Assembly: GCA_038087875.1 (NCBI GenBank)
Contig: CM075991.1
Span: 10,976,001 to 11,040,000 of the forward strand
Reading direction: 5' to 3'
Origin: Malacoraja senta
Lineage: Eukaryota
DNA: 64,000 nt
The stretch's first letter is position 1, and each line of letters starts with the position of its first letter. Positions 62,856 through 64,000 of the stretch are shown piece by piece. The notes beneath the pieces are model-generated. The model had not been told where the DNA came from. It saw only the letters and a list, made by a program, of their open reading frames with translations, and searched no databases. The translations under genes and the position numbers were made by a program.

Positions 62856-63730
62856 CTTCAGACTGAAGAAGGGTCTCGACACGAAACATCACCCATTCCT
62901 TCTATCCAGAGATGCTACCTGTTTGGCTGAGTCACTCCGGCATTTTGTGTCTATCTTCGGTGCAAACCAGCATCTGCAGTTCCTTCCCACCACCAATTCA
63001 CTAACTTCTTCCAATCGAGTGCACTGTGTTAAGGTGTTCTCGATATGACCTCTTCAGCATTGGAGAAACCACACGTAGATGGGTGAGCGCCTGGCCCGGT
63101 CACCCGCATTAGGTCTGTAAGTACAACCCCGAGCCTCCTACACTGTTCCAAGGTAAACACTGGAATCGTGAGCAGAACACACCAGTCTGAAGAAGGATTC
63201 ACAGACTCACAGAGAGTGGTGAGTCTGTGGAATTCTCTGCCTCAGAGGGCGGTGGAGGCAGGTTCCCTGGATGCTTTCAAGAGAGAGCTAAATAGGGCTC
63301 TTAAAATAGCGGTCAGGGGATATGGGGAGAAGGCAGGAACGGGGTACTGATTGTGGATGATCAGCGATGATCACATTGGATGGCGGTGGTGGCTCGAAGG
63401 ATCGTATGGCCTACTCTTGCACCTATTGTCTATTGACGATTGTCCATTCGCTCCACAGATGCTGCCTGGCCCGCTGAGTCTTGCTATTGTAATGTAAACT
63501 AGAAGACCAACAATGTATCTTCCACTGCAACCTTCTCAACTCAATAACAAATGCCACACCTTCATATAATCTGCTTTCTCTTTTCCTGATTCAGATCTGG
63601 GCAATCTATCCTTGATAATGGATTAGATTATATATGTTTCTATTTTTAAACCGCAAGAAATCAGTGATTTACGTTGTCACTGGTCTATTACAGTCTGGTG
63701 ATAATTTTCTTGTTTTCCTTTCTGTTGCAG

Positions 63731-64000
63731 TTAACTTGGTGGCGATCTTCATCCTGCGGCGGGGAAAATGCGGACTCTCCAAATGTATTACTCGCTATCT
63801 GGTTGCCATGGCGGTGGCCGATGTAATGGTGGTGACCGTCGAAGTCATACTGAAGCGGATTAACAACATTTACTTGCCGATAAATGTCTTGTTCATCACT
63901 CCAGTCTGTGCCATGAAACTAGTCATCAAGATTGCAGCCCTCGACTGTTCTGTCTGGTTCACTGTCGCTTTCACCTTTGATCGTTTTGTGGCCATTTCTT
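63731..64000 (+). CDS. GPR139-like GPCR paralog B, coding exon 2 (partial, runs off the window)
   Basis: TGTTGCAG acceptor; open frame NLVAIFILRRGKCGLSKCITRYLVAMAVAD...FTFDRFVAIS; 15 differences in 270 nt versus paralog A. Confidence 0.88.

Noticed and set aside
33566..64000. TACR exons 3-5
   Set aside because: No TM5 (YFLPL-type), TM6 (KMM...CWLP) or TM7 (NPIIY) tachykinin-receptor sequence was found by eye or in the ORF track; a short exon could have been missed.

Overview
Repeat-dense vertebrate DNA, most likely a cartilaginous fish such as a skate or ray (inferred from the HE1/V-SINE, CR1, Penelope and L1 repertoire). Genes on the + strand: exons 1-2 of a tachykinin receptor (TACR2-like; 4646-5037 and 33365-33565, 28-kb intron 1, exons 3-5 not found) and two tandem two-exon GPR139/GPR142-like orphan GPCR genes (53496-55815 complete; 62293 to window end partial). 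These may lie inside the tachykinin-receptor intron, although a 200-N gap at 35120-35319 intervenes. Main observations: (1) two copies of a ~140-bp TSD-flanked short retroelement whose 5' end is a compact 54-nt HDV/CPEB3-type ribozyme fold; (2) many Penelope-derived termini with a minimal hammerhead core, often inserted as TSD-flanked fold-back units, one of which carries a captured piece of a GPR139-like exon; (3) a near-full-length L1 bracketed by a ~500-bp direct repeat; (4) a gene-conversion-like divergence pattern between the two GPCR paralogs. Family names come from motif recognition by eye, not database searches.
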